From Escherichia coli (GTDB lineage: Bacteria > Pseudomonadota > Gammaproteobacteria > Enterobacterales > Enterobacteriaceae), in assembly GCF_009931435.1 (NCBI RefSeq), contig NZ_CP043414.1: a stretch of 64,000 bases of DNA. The stretch is one strand, 5' to 3'. The notes beneath the pieces were generated by a model, which saw nothing but the letters and a program-made list of their open reading frames with translations, was not told the DNA's origin and searched no databases. Shown here in pieces: positions 53,892-64,000 of this stretch. The position numbers and the translations under genes were made by a program. The number at the start of each line of letters is the position of its first letter. Within the stretch, counting starts at the first letter, position 1.

Positions 53892-56315
53892 ATGTATTCA
53901 AGTAGCAGAAAAAGGTGCCCGAAAACCAAATGGGCTTTGAAAATTCTTACTGCCGCATTTTTAGCAGCGAGTCCCGCGGCGAAGAGTGCTGTTAATAATG
54001 CCTATGATGCATTGATTATCGAAGCTCGCAAGGGAAATACTCAGCCAGCTTTGTTATGGTTTGCACAAAAATCAGCACTCAGTAATAACCAAATTGCTGA
54101 CTGGTTACAGATTGCCTTATGGGCCGGGCAAGATAAACAGGTTATTACCGTTTACAACCGCTACCGTCATCAGCAATTACCAGCGCGTGGTTATGCAGCT
54201 GTCGCCGTCGCTTATCGTAACCTGCAACAATGGCAAAACTCGCTTACACTGTGGCAAAAGGCACTCTCTCTGGAGTCGCAAAATAAGGATTATCAACGGG
54301 GACAAATTTTAACCCTGGCAGATGCGGGTCACTATGATTCTGCGCTGGTTAAACTTAAGCAGCTTAACTCTGGAGCACCGGACAAAGCTAATTTACTCGC
54401 AGAAGCCTATATCTATAAACTGGCGGGGCGGCATGAGGATGAATTACGGGCGATGACAGGGTCATTACCTGAAAATGCCTTAACGCAACAATATCCCACA
54501 GAATACGTGCAGGCATTACGGAATAATCAACTTGCTGCCGCGATTGACGATGCCAATTTAACGCCAGATATTCGCGCTGATATTCATGCCGAACTGGTCA
54601 GACTGTCGTTTATGCCTACGCGCAGTGAAAGTGAACGTTATGCCATTGCCGATCGCGCCCTCGCCCAATACGCTGCATTAGAAATTCTGTGGCATGATAA
54701 CCCTGACCGCACTGCCCAGTACCAGCGTATTCAGGTTGATCATCTTGGCGCGTTATTAACTCGCGATCGTTATAAAGACGTTATTTCTCACTATCAGCGT
54801 TTAAAAAAGACGGGGCAAATTATTCCGCCCTGGGCGCAATATTGGGTTGCGTCGGCTTATCTCAAAGAACATCAGCCAAAAAAAGCACAGTCAATAATGA
54901 CAGAGATCTTTTATCACAAGGAGACCATTGCCCCGGATTTATCCGATGAAGAACTTGCGGATCTCTTTTACAGCCACCTGGAGAGTGAAAATTATCCCGG
55001 CGCGCTAACTGTCACCCAACATACCATTAATACTTCGCCGCCTTTCCTTCGGTTAATGGGCACGCCTACGAGCATCCCGAATGATACCTGGTTACAGGGG
55101 CATTCGTTTCTCTCAACCGTAGCAAAATATAGTAATGATCTTCCTCAGGCTGAAATGACAGCCAGAGAGCTTGCTTATAACGCACCAGGAAATCAGGGAC
55201 TGCGCATTGATTACGCGAGTGTGTTACAAGCCCGCGGTTGGCCTCGTGCGGCAGAAAATGAATTAAAAAAAGCAGAAGTGATCGAGCCACGTAATATTAA
55301 TCTGGAGGTTGAACAAGCCTGGACAGCATTAACGTTACAAGAATGGCAGCAGGCAGCGGTCTTAACGCACGATGTTGTCGAACGTGAACCGCAAGATCCC
55401 GGCGTTGTACGTTTAAAACGTGCGGTTGATGTACATAATCTTGCAGAGCTTCGTATCGCTGGTTCAACAGGAATTGATGCCGAAGGTCCGGATAGTGGCA
55501 AACATGATGTCGACTTAACCACCATCGTTTATTCACCACCGCTGAATGATAACTGGCGCGGTTTTGCTGGATTCGGTTATGCCGATGGACAATTTAGCGA
55601 AGGAAAAGGGATTATTCGCGACTGGCTTGCGGGTGTTGAGTGGCGGTCACGTAATATCTGGCTTGAGGCGGAGTACACCGAACGCTTTTTCAATCATGAG
55701 CATAAACCCGGCGCGCGCCTGTCTGGCTGGTATGATTTTAATGATAACTGGCGTATTGGTTCGCAACTGGAACGCCTCTCTCACCGCGTTCCATTACGGG
55801 CAATGAAAAATGGTGTTACAGGCAACAGTGCACAGGCTTATGTTCGCTGGTATCAAAATGAGCGGCGTAAGTACGGTGTCTCTTGGGCTTTCACTGATTT
55901 TTCTGACAGTAATCAGCGTCATGAAGTCTCACTTGAGGGTCAGGAACGCATCTGGTCTTCACCATATTTGATTGTCGATTTCCTCCCCAATCTGTATTAC
56001 GAACAAAATACAGAACACGACACCCCATACTACAACCCTATAAAAATGTTCGATATTGTTCCGGCATTTGAGGCAAGTCATTTGTTATGGCGAAGCTATG
56101 AAAATAGCTGGGAGCAAATCTTCAGCGCAGGTGTTGGTGCCTCCTGGCAAAAACATTATGGCACGGATGTCGTCACCCAACTCGGCTACGGGCAACGCAT
56201 TAGCTGGAATGACGTGATTGATGCTGGCGCAACGCTACGCTGGGAAAAACGACCTTATGACGGTGACAGAGAACACAACTTATACGTTGAATTCGATATG
56301 ACATTCAGATTTTAA
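53892..56315 (+). CDS. pgaA: poly-beta-1,6-N-acetylglucosamine outer-membrane export porin PgaA
   Basis: 807-aa ORF MYSSSRKRCPKTKWALKILTAAFLAASPAAKSAVNNAYDALIIEARKGN... (TPR region plus C-terminal beta-barrel). Confidence 0.96.
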   Translation: MYSSSRKRCPKTKWALKILTAAFLAASPAAKSAVNNAYDALIIEARKGNTQPALLWFAQKSALSNNQIADWLQIALWAGQDKQVITVYNRYRHQQLPARGYAAVAVAYRNLQQWQNSLTLWQKALSLESQNKDYQRGQILTLADAGHYDSALVKLKQLNSGAPDKANLLAEAYIYKLAGRHEDELRAMTGSLPENALTQQYPTEYVQALRNNQLAAAIDDANLTPDIRADIHAELVRLSFMPTRSESERYAIADRALAQYAALEILWHDNPDRTAQYQRIQVDHLGALLTRDRYKDVISHYQRLKKTGQIIPPWAQYWVASAYLKEHQPKKAQSIMTEIFYHKETIAPDLSDEELADLFYSHLESENYPGALTVTQHTINTSPPFLRLMGTPTSIPNDTWLQGHSFLSTVAKYSNDLPQAEMTARELAYNAPGNQGLRIDYASVLQARGWPRAAENELKKAEVIEPRNINLEVEQAWTALTLQEWQQAAVLTHDVVEREPQDPGVVRLKRAVDVHNLAELRIAGSTGIDAEGPDSGKHDVDLTTIVYSPPLNDNWRGFAGFGYADGQFSEGKGIIRDWLAGVEWRSRNIWLEAEYTERFFNHEHKPGARLSGWYDFNDNWRIGSQLERLSHRVPLRAMKNGVTGNSAQAYVRWYQNERRKYGVSWAFTDFSDSNQRHEVSLEGQERIWSSPYLIVDFLPNLYYEQNTEHDTPYYNPIKMFDIVPAFEASHLLWRSYENSWEQIFSAGVGASWQKHYGTDVVTQLGYGQRISWNDVIDAGATLRWEKRPYDGDREHNLYVEFDMTFRF

Positions 56316-56323
56316 GGATAAAT

Positions 56324-58342
56324 ATGTTACGTAATGGAAATAAATATCTCCTGATGCTGGTGAGTATAATTATGCTCACTGCGTGCATTAGCCAGTCAAG
56401 AACATCATTTATACCGCCACAGGATCGCGAATCTTTACTCGCCGAGCAACCGTGGCCGCATAATGGTTTTGTGGCGATTTCATGGCATAACGTTGAAGAC
56501 GAAGCTGCCGACCAGCGTTTTATGTCAGTGCGGACATCAGCACTGCGTGAACAATTTGCCTGGCTGCGCGAGAACGGTTATCAACCGGTCAGTATTGCTC
56601 AAATTCGTGAAGCACATCGAGGAGGAAAACCGCTACCGGAAAAAGCAGTAGTGCTGACTTTTGATGACGGCTACCAGAGTTTTTATACCCGCGTCTTCCC
56701 AATTCTTCAGGCCTTCCAGTGGCCTGCTGTATGGGCCCCCGTCGGCAGTTGGGTCGATACGCCAGCGGATGAACAAGTAAAATTTGGCGATGAGATGGTC
56801 GATCGAGAATATTTTGCCACGTGGCAACAAGTGCGAGAAGTTGCGCGTTCCCGGCTCGTTGAGGTCGCTTCTCATACATGGAATTCTCACTACGGTATTC
56901 AGGCTAATGCCACCGGCAGCTTATTGCCTGTATATGTAAATCGTGCATATTTTACTGACCACGCACGGTATGAAACCGCAGCAGAATACCGGGAAAGAAT
57001 GCGTCTGGATGCTGTAAAAATGACGGAATACCTGCGTACAAAGGCTAAGGTAAATCCACACGTTTTTGTTTGGCCTTATGGTGAAGCGAATGGCATAGCG
57101 ATAGAGGAATTAAAAAAACTCGGTTATGACATGTTCTTCACCCTTGAATCAGGTTTGGCAAATGCGTCACAATTGGATTCCATTCCGCGAGTATTAATCG
57201 CCAATAATCCCTCATTAAAAGAGTTTGCCCAGCAAATTATTACCGTACAGGAAAAATCATCACAACGGGTAATGCATATCGATCTTGATTACGTTTATGA
57301 CGAAAACCGCCAGCAAATGGATCGCAATATTGATGTGCTAATTCAGCGGGTGAAAGATATGCAAATATCAACCGTGTATTTGCAGGCATTTGCTGATCCC
57401 GATGGTGATGGGCTGGTCAAAGAGGTCTGGTTTCCAAATCGTTTGCTACCAATGAAAGCAGATATTTTTAGTCGGGTTGCCTGGCAATTACGTACCCGCT
57501 CAGGTGTAAACATCTATGCGTGGATGCCGGTATTAAGCTGGGATTTAGATCCCACATTAACGCGAGTAAAATATTTACCAACAGGGGAGAAAAAAGCACA
57601 AATTCATCCTGAACAATATCGCCGTCTATCTCCTTTTGATGACAGGGTCAGAGCACAAGTTGGCATGTTATATGAAGATCTTGCCGGACATGCTGCTTTT
57701 GATGGCATATTGTTCCACGATGATGCTTTGCTTTCAGATTATGAAGATGCCAGTGCACCGGCTATCACGGCTTATCAGCAAGCAGGCTTTAGCGGGAGTC
57801 TGAGCGAAATTCGACAAAACCCGGAGCAATTTAAACAGTGGACCCGCTTTAAAAGTCGTGCGTTAACTGACTTCACTTTAGAACTTAGTGCGCGCGTAAA
57901 AGCCATTCGCGGTCCACATGTTAAAACTGCACGAAATATTTTTGCACTTCCGGTAATACAACCTGAAAGTGAAGCCTGGTTTGCACAGAATTATGCTGAT
58001 TTCCTAAAAAGCTATGACTGGACCGCTATTATGGCTATGCCTTATATGGAAGGTGTCGCAGAAAAATCGGCTGACCAATGGTTAATACAATTGACCAATC
58101 AAATTAAAAACATCCCTCAGGCTAAAGACAAATCTATTTTAGAATTACAGGCACAAAACTGGCAGAAAAATGGTCAGCATCAGGCTATTTCTTCGCAACA
58201 ACTCGCTCACTGGATGAGCCTATTACAACTGAATGGAATGAAAAACTATGGTTATTATCCCGACAATTTTCTGCATAACCAACCTGAAATAGACGTTATT
58301 CGTCCTGAGTTTTCAACAGCCTGGTATCCGAAAAATGATTAA
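56324..58342 (+). CDS. pgaB: poly-beta-1,6-N-acetylglucosamine N-deacetylase lipoprotein PgaB
   Basis: 672-aa [51 protein letters not shown]... Confidence 0.96.
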
Positions 58343-59660
58343 TCGCATCGTATCGTTTTTTATATTATGTCTGGTGTTATGCATACCCCTATGCGTAGCG
58401 TACTTTCACTCTGGTGAACTGATGATGAGGTTCGTTTTCTTCTGGCCGTTTTTTATGTCCATTATGTGGATTGTTGGCGGCGTCTATTTCTGGGTATATC
58501 GTGAACGCCACTGGCCGTGGGGAGAAAACGCACCAGCTCCCCAGTTGAAAGATAATCCGTCTATCTCCATTATCATTCCCTGTTTTAATGAGGAGAAAAA
58601 CGTTGAGGAAACCATACACGCCGCTTTAGCACAGCGTTATGAGAACATTGAAGTTATTGCCGTAAATGACGGTTCAACAGACAAAACCCGTGCCATCCTG
58701 GATCGCATGGCTGCACAAATTCCCCACCTGCGGGTCATTCATCTGGCGCAAAACCAGGGGAAAGCCATTGCGCTTAAAACCGGAGCTGCCGCGGCGAAAA
58801 GTGAATATCTGGTGTGCATTGATGGCGATGCGTTATTAGACCGCGATGCGGCGGCATATATTGTGGAACCGATGTTGTACAACCCGCGTGTGGGTGCCGT
58901 AACCGGTAATCCTCGTATTCGAACACGTTCTACCCTGGTGGGTAAAATTCAGGTTGGCGAGTATTCCTCAATTATTGGTTTGATCAAGCGAACCCAGCGT
59001 ATCTATGGAAACGTATTTACCGTTTCTGGTGTTATTGCCGCATTTCGTCGCAGCGCCCTGGCAGAAGTGGGTTACTGGAGTGACGATATGATCACCGAAG
59101 ATATTGATATTAGCTGGAAGCTGCAGTTGAATCAGTGGACGATTTTTTACGAGCCACGGGCGCTGTGCTGGATATTAATGCCTGAAACGTTAAAAGGGCT
59201 GTGGAAACAGCGCCTGCGCTGGGCTCAGGGCGGTGCAGAAGTATTCCTCAAAAATATGACAAGGCTATGGCGCAAAGAAAACTTTCGAATGTGGCCACTG
59301 TTTTTTGAATACTGTCTGACGACAATATGGGCCTTTACCTGCCTGGTCGGTTTCATTATTTACGCAGTCCAACTTGCAGGTGTACCGTTAAATATTGAAT
59401 TGACACATATCGCTGCGACACATACTGCCGGAATATTATTGTGTACGTTATGTTTACTGCAATTTATTGTCAGCCTGATGATCGAGAATCGCTATGAGCA
59501 TAATCTGACTTCATCGCTTTTCTGGATTATTTGGTTCCCGGTTATTTTCTGGATGCTGAGCCTGGCAACGACATTGGTATCATTTACACGAGTCATGTTG
59601 ATGCCTAAAAAGCAACGCGCCCGTTGGGTAAGTCCCGATCGAGGGATTCTGAGAGGTTAA
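58335..59660 (+). CDS. pgaC: poly-beta-1,6-N-acetylglucosamine synthase PgaC (GT2)
   Basis: 441-aa [52 protein letters not shown]...; its start overlaps the pgaB stop. Confidence 0.96.
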
Positions 59661-59661
59661 T

Positions 59662-60075
59662 ATGAACAATTTAATTATTACGACCCGACAATCGCCAGTA
59701 CGTTTAATGGTTGATTATGTTGCCACAACCATCTTATGGACATTATTTGCTTTGTTCATATTCTTATTCACCATGGATCTGCTGACGGGTTATTACTGGC
59801 AAAGTGAGGCCAGAAGCCGACTTCAGTTCTATTTTTTGCTGGCAGTGGCGAATGCCGTCGTGTTAATTGTCTGGGCGCTGTACAATAAGCTGCGTTTTCA
59901 AAAACAGCAGCATCATGCAGCCTACCAATATACGCCGCAAGAATATGCAGAGAGCTTAGCAATACCTGATGAGCTCTATCAGCAACTACAAAAAAGCCAC
60001 AGGATGAGCGTACACTTCACCAGCCAGGGGCAAATAAAAATGGTTGTTTCAGAAAAAGCGCTAGTCCGGGCATAA
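59662..60075 (+). CDS. pgaD: PGA synthase accessory membrane protein PgaD
   Basis: 137-aa [50 protein letters not shown]... Confidence 0.95.
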   Translation: MNNLIITTRQSPVRLMVDYVATTILWTLFALFIFLFTMDLLTGYYWQSEARSRLQFYFLLAVANAVVLIVWALYNKLRFQKQQHHAAYQYTPQEYAESLAIPDELYQQLQKSHRMSVHFTSQGQIKMVVSEKALVRA

Positions 60076-60089
60076 ACACCCAAAACAAA

Positions 60090-60106
60090 GCCCGGTTCGC
60101 CCGGGC
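60090..60106 (-). terminator. hairpin terminator in the convergent pgaD/phoH spacer
   Basis: gcccgg-ttcgc-ccgggc; on the minus strand it is followed by tttgttttgggtgttt, so it likely terminates phoH and may act bidirectionally. Confidence 0.55.
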
Positions 60107-60124
60107 TCTGCGCCGATAATACAC

Positions 60125-61189
60125 TTAACTGTATGCATGTAGCGTACGTTGGCAAAGTGCCGAACGTACGCAATCCTCTTTACCGAATCGGACGATCCCG
60201 ACCATTTCATCTTCTTCGAAACGTTCCAGCGCGTCACTTAATCCGGAGCGCACGCCGCGAGGCAAATCGCATTGCGTGATATCACCGTTGACGATAACCG
60301 TCACGTTCTCCCCGAGGCGGGTTAAAAACATTTTCATTTGCGCGGCAGTCACATTCTGCGCCTCGTCAAGAATGACGACTGCATTTTCAAAGGTACGTCC
60401 ACGCATATAGGCGAACGGCGCGATTTCCACCTTCCCTATTTCCGGTCGCAGGCAGTACTGCATAAAGGAAGCCCCTAAGCGCCGGACCAGCACGTCGTAG
60501 ACCGGACGAAAATAGGGAGCAAACTTTTCTGCGATATCTCCAGGTAAGAAGCCAAGATCTTCATCGGCTTGCAGAACTGGACGGGTGACGATAATCCTGT
60601 CGACATCCTTATGTATCAGGGCCTCTGCCGCTTTTGCTGCGCTGATCCAGGTTTTTCCGCACCCGGCTTCGCCGGTGGCGAATATCAGCTGCTTACTCTC
60701 AATAGCCTTCAGATAGTGCAATTGCGCTTCATTTCGCGCGAGGATGGGCGAGGTATCGCGACTGTCGCGGGCCATACCAATGGCTTCTACGCCGCTCATC
60801 TGCACAAGCGAGGTGACCGATTCTTCTTCACGCTGCTTATGGCTGCGCGAATCCCGTCTCAGCACACGTTTTGCCTCGCGACGAGCTTTGATCACTGCTT
60901 TTTGTCTTCCCATGGAGAGCACCTTGAGTTGTTTGTATTCATCACACGCGCCGTTGGCAGCGCGATTATGCGCACGAACATCAGAGGGTTGGCTTCCTTG
61001 TAAGCCATAGTTTGCTTTTGGATAAAATGCCGAAAAACGGCTACGCGCACCGTTTACGGCGTCGGTAACACATGAAAAGAAAGGTTGAGGTTGAAAATGC
61101 AAAGTGACGAGATGACTACCGGAGGAGAAATCTCCGCGAGTGGTGGAGCGTTGCTTAACAAAACATTGTCCAGTACAGGACGTTACCAT
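60125..61189 (-). CDS. phoH: phosphate starvation-inducible ATPase PhoH
   Basis: 354-aa ORF MVTSCTGQCFVKQRSTTRGDFSSGSHLVTLHFQ...; Walker A GEAGCGKT in the C-terminal domain. Confidence 0.93.
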   Translation of the reverse strand: MVTSCTGQCFVKQRSTTRGDFSSGSHLVTLHFQPQPFFSCVTDAVNGARSRFSAFYPKANYGLQGSQPSDVRAHNRAANGACDEYKQLKVLSMGRQKAVIKARREAKRVLRRDSRSHKQREEESVTSLVQMSGVEAIGMARDSRDTSPILARNEAQLHYLKAIESKQLIFATGEAGCGKTWISAAKAAEALIHKDVDRIIVTRPVLQADEDLGFLPGDIAEKFAPYFRPVYDVLVRRLGASFMQYCLRPEIGKVEIAPFAYMRGRTFENAVVILDEAQNVTAAQMKMFLTRLGENVTVIVNGDITQCDLPRGVRSGLSDALERFEEDEMVGIVRFGKEDCVRSALCQRTLHAYS

Positions 61190-61336
61190 CCGCGATCTCC
61201 ATAGTGACTGACTATCACTGCCGGGAACTTCCGCTGCTACTTAATAATTACAACAGATCTCGCATTCATTGCAACAATATATTCACTTATATTTAACTAT
61301 AAAACACCATTTCAGTGACATTAGTTTCTACTGGAA

Positions 61337-61358
61337 AGATGACAGAGTGATGACAGTG
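61337..61358 (-). promoter_or_regulatory. Pho box (PhoB binding site) upstream of phoH
   Basis: Minus strand reads aCTGTCATcactCTGTCATctt, two direct CTGTCAT repeats spaced 11 bp, about 150 nt upstream of the phoH start. Confidence 0.65.
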
Positions 61359-61387
61359 ATGAAAAAAGCTGTGTGCTTTCAGCAGGA

Positions 61388-61552
61388 TTCGCATCAGGCA
61401 TCAACGCACGAACGCCGGATGCGGCGTGACCGCCTTATCCTGCCTACCAAACCCGCACCGATTGTAGGCATGATAAGACGCGCAAGCGTCGCATCAGGCA
61501 TCAGCGCACGAGCGCACGAACGCCTGGTACGGCGTAAACGCCTTATACGCCT
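61388..61552. repeat. cluster of REP/BIME palindromic units
   Basis: gcatcaggcatcaacgcacgaacgccggatgcggcgtgaccgccttatcc ... gtaggcatgataagacgcgcaagcgtcgcatcaggca ... ggcgtaaacgccttatacgcc between efeB and phoH. Confidence 0.8.
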
Positions 61553-61559
61553 AAAAACA

Positions 61560-62831
61560 TTAAACCCGCAATAATGCGCTTCCGAGATAATCGCTCGCGT
61601 CCTTCACCCCCGGCAGCGCAAAAAAATAACCGCCGCCGATGGGTTTAACGTATTCCTCCAGCGCTTCACCATTGAGCCTTTTTTGTACTGTCAGGAAGCC
61701 CTTTTCCAGATCGTGTTGGTAGCAGACAAACAGCAACCCCATATCCAGTTGCCCGGAATTGGTGACGCCCAACGAATAACTGTAGCCACGACGCAGCATC
61801 AGGCTGGACTCGCTCTCCGCCGTGCGGGGATTCGCCAGCCGGATATGGCTGTCCAGCGCGATCACCTTCCCTTCCGGATCACTGGCATAATCGGGAACAT
61901 CATGCTCATGCTGCATTCCCAGCGGCGCACCGGTTTGCTTATCGCGACCAAAAATTGTCTGCTGTTCTTTCAGCGGCGTTCTGTCCCAAAATTCCACTCG
62001 AAACTGAATCAAACGCACCGCCTGGTAGCTGCCACCGATTGTCCACGCAGGCTCCTGCTGATCTGCCGTTACCCACACCACTTTTTGCATCAACTTATCA
62101 TTCTGGCTATCGGGATTGGCAGTGCCGTCTTTGAAACCCAGCAAATTAATCGGCGTCTCTTTGCCTTTACTACGCGCTGCGTGATCGGAAATAAACCCTT
62201 CCCGCTTCCAGCGCACACTGAGCAAATCCGGCGTATGTTTGATGATATCGCGCAGCGCATGGATCACCGTGTCCTGGGTGTTGGCGCAAATTTGTAGCAA
62301 CACATCACCATGACATAACGCCGCATCCAGCGAGTCGTTGGGGAAACGCGTCATCTTCTGCAACTTTTTCGGCATCTGTGGCGCAAGACCAAACCGTTCA
62401 TCAAACAACGAGTGACCAACTGACAACGTGATGGTGAGATTGTCGGGCGCAATGTAGCCGCCAAGAATGCCGGAATCGAGTGGTGGCAGGCGCGGATTTG
62501 GCGTTTCTGGTGCTGCTCCGCCCTGAGTCAGAAAAGCAAAACGCTGAGTCAACAAGCGAAACAATCGCTCAAGATCAGCTTTATCGCTGGCAAGCACATC
62601 AAACGCCACCAGCATCATTGCCGCCTGCTGCGGCGTCAGAATACCCGCCTGATGTTCGCCATAAAACGGCTGCGCTTCACTGCGCGCATCCGGTGAAAGC
62701 GTCCCCGGCGCACTTTGCGTTTTTTGAGCATGCGCTACCGGACAACTTCCTGCCAGTGCCAGCGCGCCAATCCCTTTCAGTAAACGTCGGCGTGACGGTT
62801 CATTCACGCCGTTTTCATCTTCATACTGCAT
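61560..62831 (-). CDS. efeB: Tat-exported DyP-type haem peroxidase EfeB
   Basis: 423-aa [39 protein letters not shown]... (twin-arginine signal SRRRLLK). Confidence 0.95.
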   Translation of the reverse strand: MQYEDENGVNEPSRRRLLKGIGALALAGSCPVAHAQKTQSAPGTLSPDARSEAQPFYGEHQAGILTPQQAAMMLVAFDVLASDKADLERLFRLLTQRFAFLTQGGAAPETPNPRLPPLDSGILGGYIAPDNLTITLSVGHSLFDERFGLAPQMPKKLQKMTRFPNDSLDAALCHGDVLLQICANTQDTVIHALRDIIKHTPDLLSVRWKREGFISDHAARSKGKETPINLLGFKDGTANPDSQNDKLMQKVVWVTADQQEPAWTIGGSYQAVRLIQFRVEFWDRTPLKEQQTIFGRDKQTGAPLGMQHEHDVPDYASDPEGKVIALDSHIRLANPRTAESESSLMLRRGYSYSLGVTNSGQLDMGLLFVCYQHDLEKGFLTVQKRLNGEALEEYVKPIGGGYFFALPGVKDASDYLGSALLRV

Positions 62832-62836
62832 AACGC

Positions 62837-63964
62837 TTAATCCAGTCCCAGCACACCACGAAGTTGCGCCAGATCTTCCGCCAGCGCAGTAATCGGCCCT
62901 TTCAGCGCATTACGGTCGGCATCGGTCAGCTTGTCGTAAGTTTCATAACCGTCTTTGGTTCGGTATTTCGCCAGAATGGTATCTACCTTTTTGAAGTTGG
63001 CATCGACTTTTGCCAGCAGTTCCGGGTTGGCTTTTTGCAGTTGCGGACGCAGCAGATCGACAATTTTCTGCGAGCCTTCAACGTTAGCCTGGAAGTCCCA
63101 CAGATCGGTGTGGCTGTAGCGATCTTCTTCACCGCTGATTTTGCTGGCTGCCACTTCCTCAATCAGTCCGGCTGCGCCGCCGACCACTTTTGAAGGTGGG
63201 AAAGCCAGTTCACTGATCCGTTTTTGTAAATCGACCACATCGGTATAAAGCTGGTCAGCATACTGATCCATTCCTTTGGTGGTGTTGTCGCCAAACAATG
63301 CTTTTTCCAGACGGTGGAAACCGGTGAATTTCGGATCGCCGGCTTTTTGCTCGTAATCATCTTCACGGGCGTCAATGCTACCATCCAGATCAGAGAACAG
63401 CTCAGCAATCGGTTCAATGCGCTCATAGTGCTGGCGCGTCGGCGCATACAGTGCTTTCGCTTTTTCGATATCGCCTGCTTTAATAGCGTCGGTAAATGCT
63501 TTGGTGTCGGTCACCAGCTGCGTGGTTTCCGCCATGACATACGCTTTATATGCAGTAATTGCACCACCAAGACTTAACAGCGCATCACTTTGCGTCGCAT
63601 CCGCCGTTGCTTCACCTTTAACGATCAACTTCCCTTTCGGGTTAGTCAGCAGACCGCAGGTCATATCGTATTCGCCAGGCTGTAAATTCGCCGTCATTTT
63701 CTGGCTAAAACCAGGGGCGATATTTTCCCGCTCTTCCACCACCATCACGCCTTTGAGGATCTCCCACTCCAGCGCCTTCTGGCTGTGGTTCTGAATAATG
63801 AACTGTGTTTTCCCGGCGTTAACCGTAATGGTCATCGGTTCGCACTGTTTATCCGTCACGGTCACTTTGACCTGCGGAACATCAGCAGCGTTAGCCATAA
63901 AAGCAGAGGAGAACAGCGCAGCCACGCTTAATTGCAGTGCACTATGGCGGAAGTTAATGGTCAT
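62837..63964 (-). CDS. efeO: periplasmic iron-uptake component EfeO
   Basis: 375-aa [52 protein letters not shown]... Confidence 0.95.
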   Translation of the reverse strand: MTINFRHSALQLSVAALFSSAFMANAADVPQVKVTVTDKQCEPMTITVNAGKTQFIIQNHSQKALEWEILKGVMVVEERENIAPGFSQKMTANLQPGEYDMTCGLLTNPKGKLIVKGEATADATQSDALLSLGGAITAYKAYVMAETTQLVTDTKAFTDAIKAGDIEKAKALYAPTRQHYERIEPIAELFSDLDGSIDAREDDYEQKAGDPKFTGFHRLEKALFGDNTTKGMDQYADQLYTDVVDLQKRISELAFPPSKVVGGAAGLIEEVAASKISGEEDRYSHTDLWDFQANVEGSQKIVDLLRPQLQKANPELLAKVDANFKKVDTILAKYRTKDGYETYDKLTDADRNALKGPITALAEDLAQLRGVLGLD

Positions 63965-64000
63965 GACGAGACTATCCCTTTAAAGTATGTTGTAACTAAG
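63961..64000 (-). CDS. efeU: 3' end of ferrous iron permease gene efeU (gene continues past the window end)
   Basis: Minus-strand frame ends ...GIVSS* with its TGA overlapping the efeO ATG (ATGA). Only about 13 codons are in the window, so the call rests on operon context. Confidence 0.4.
   Translation of the reverse strand, partial: LVTTYFKGIVSS

Noticed and set aside
61269-61574. 101-aa plus-strand ORF upstream of phoH
   Set aside because: It runs through the Pho box and the REP/BIME cluster; its translation is dominated by REP-derived Arg/Ala strings.

Overview
This window reads as conserved Escherichia coli chromosome, matching from memory the K-12 segment efeU-efeOB-phoH-pgaABCD-dgcT-serX-ghrA-ycdXYZ-csgDEFG/csgBAC-ymdAB-clsC-opgC/opgGH-yceK-msyB-mdtG-lpxL-yceA-yceIJ-yceO-solA-bssS-dinI-pyrC-yceB-grxB-mdtH-rimJ-yceH-yceM-murJ-flgNMA/flgBCDEFGHIJKL-rne-rluC-yceF-yceD-rpmF-plsX-fabH, in reverse orientation relative to the usual K-12 map. 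Almost every long ORF is a recognisable core gene; many ORF-track entries are N-terminally over-extended or are antisense artefacts, and the track translates GTG/TTG starts as M. Real starts were placed by protein recognition and local ATG/GTG context. I found no prophage, integrase, CRISPR array, toxin-antitoxin or defence-island-like gene cluster, so I do not think the window holds a novel multi-gene system. The one stretch that stands out is 51470-51931, between tRNA-Ser (serX) and the 3' end of dgcT: about 2.5 near-identical tandem copies of a 181-bp unit, each starting with a terminator-like hairpin and ending with an exact copy of the last 19 nt of the tRNA. This resembles the tyrT-linked rtT/tpr repeats and sits where K-12 (from memory) carries IS3-ymdE-ycdU. 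Other recognisable signals include REP palindromes, intrinsic terminators, a LexA box before dinI, a Pho box before phoH, a PurR box before pyrC, sigma-28 promoters in the flg cluster and the OmpR site in the csgD promoter. All comparisons to K-12 are from memory; no database search was run.
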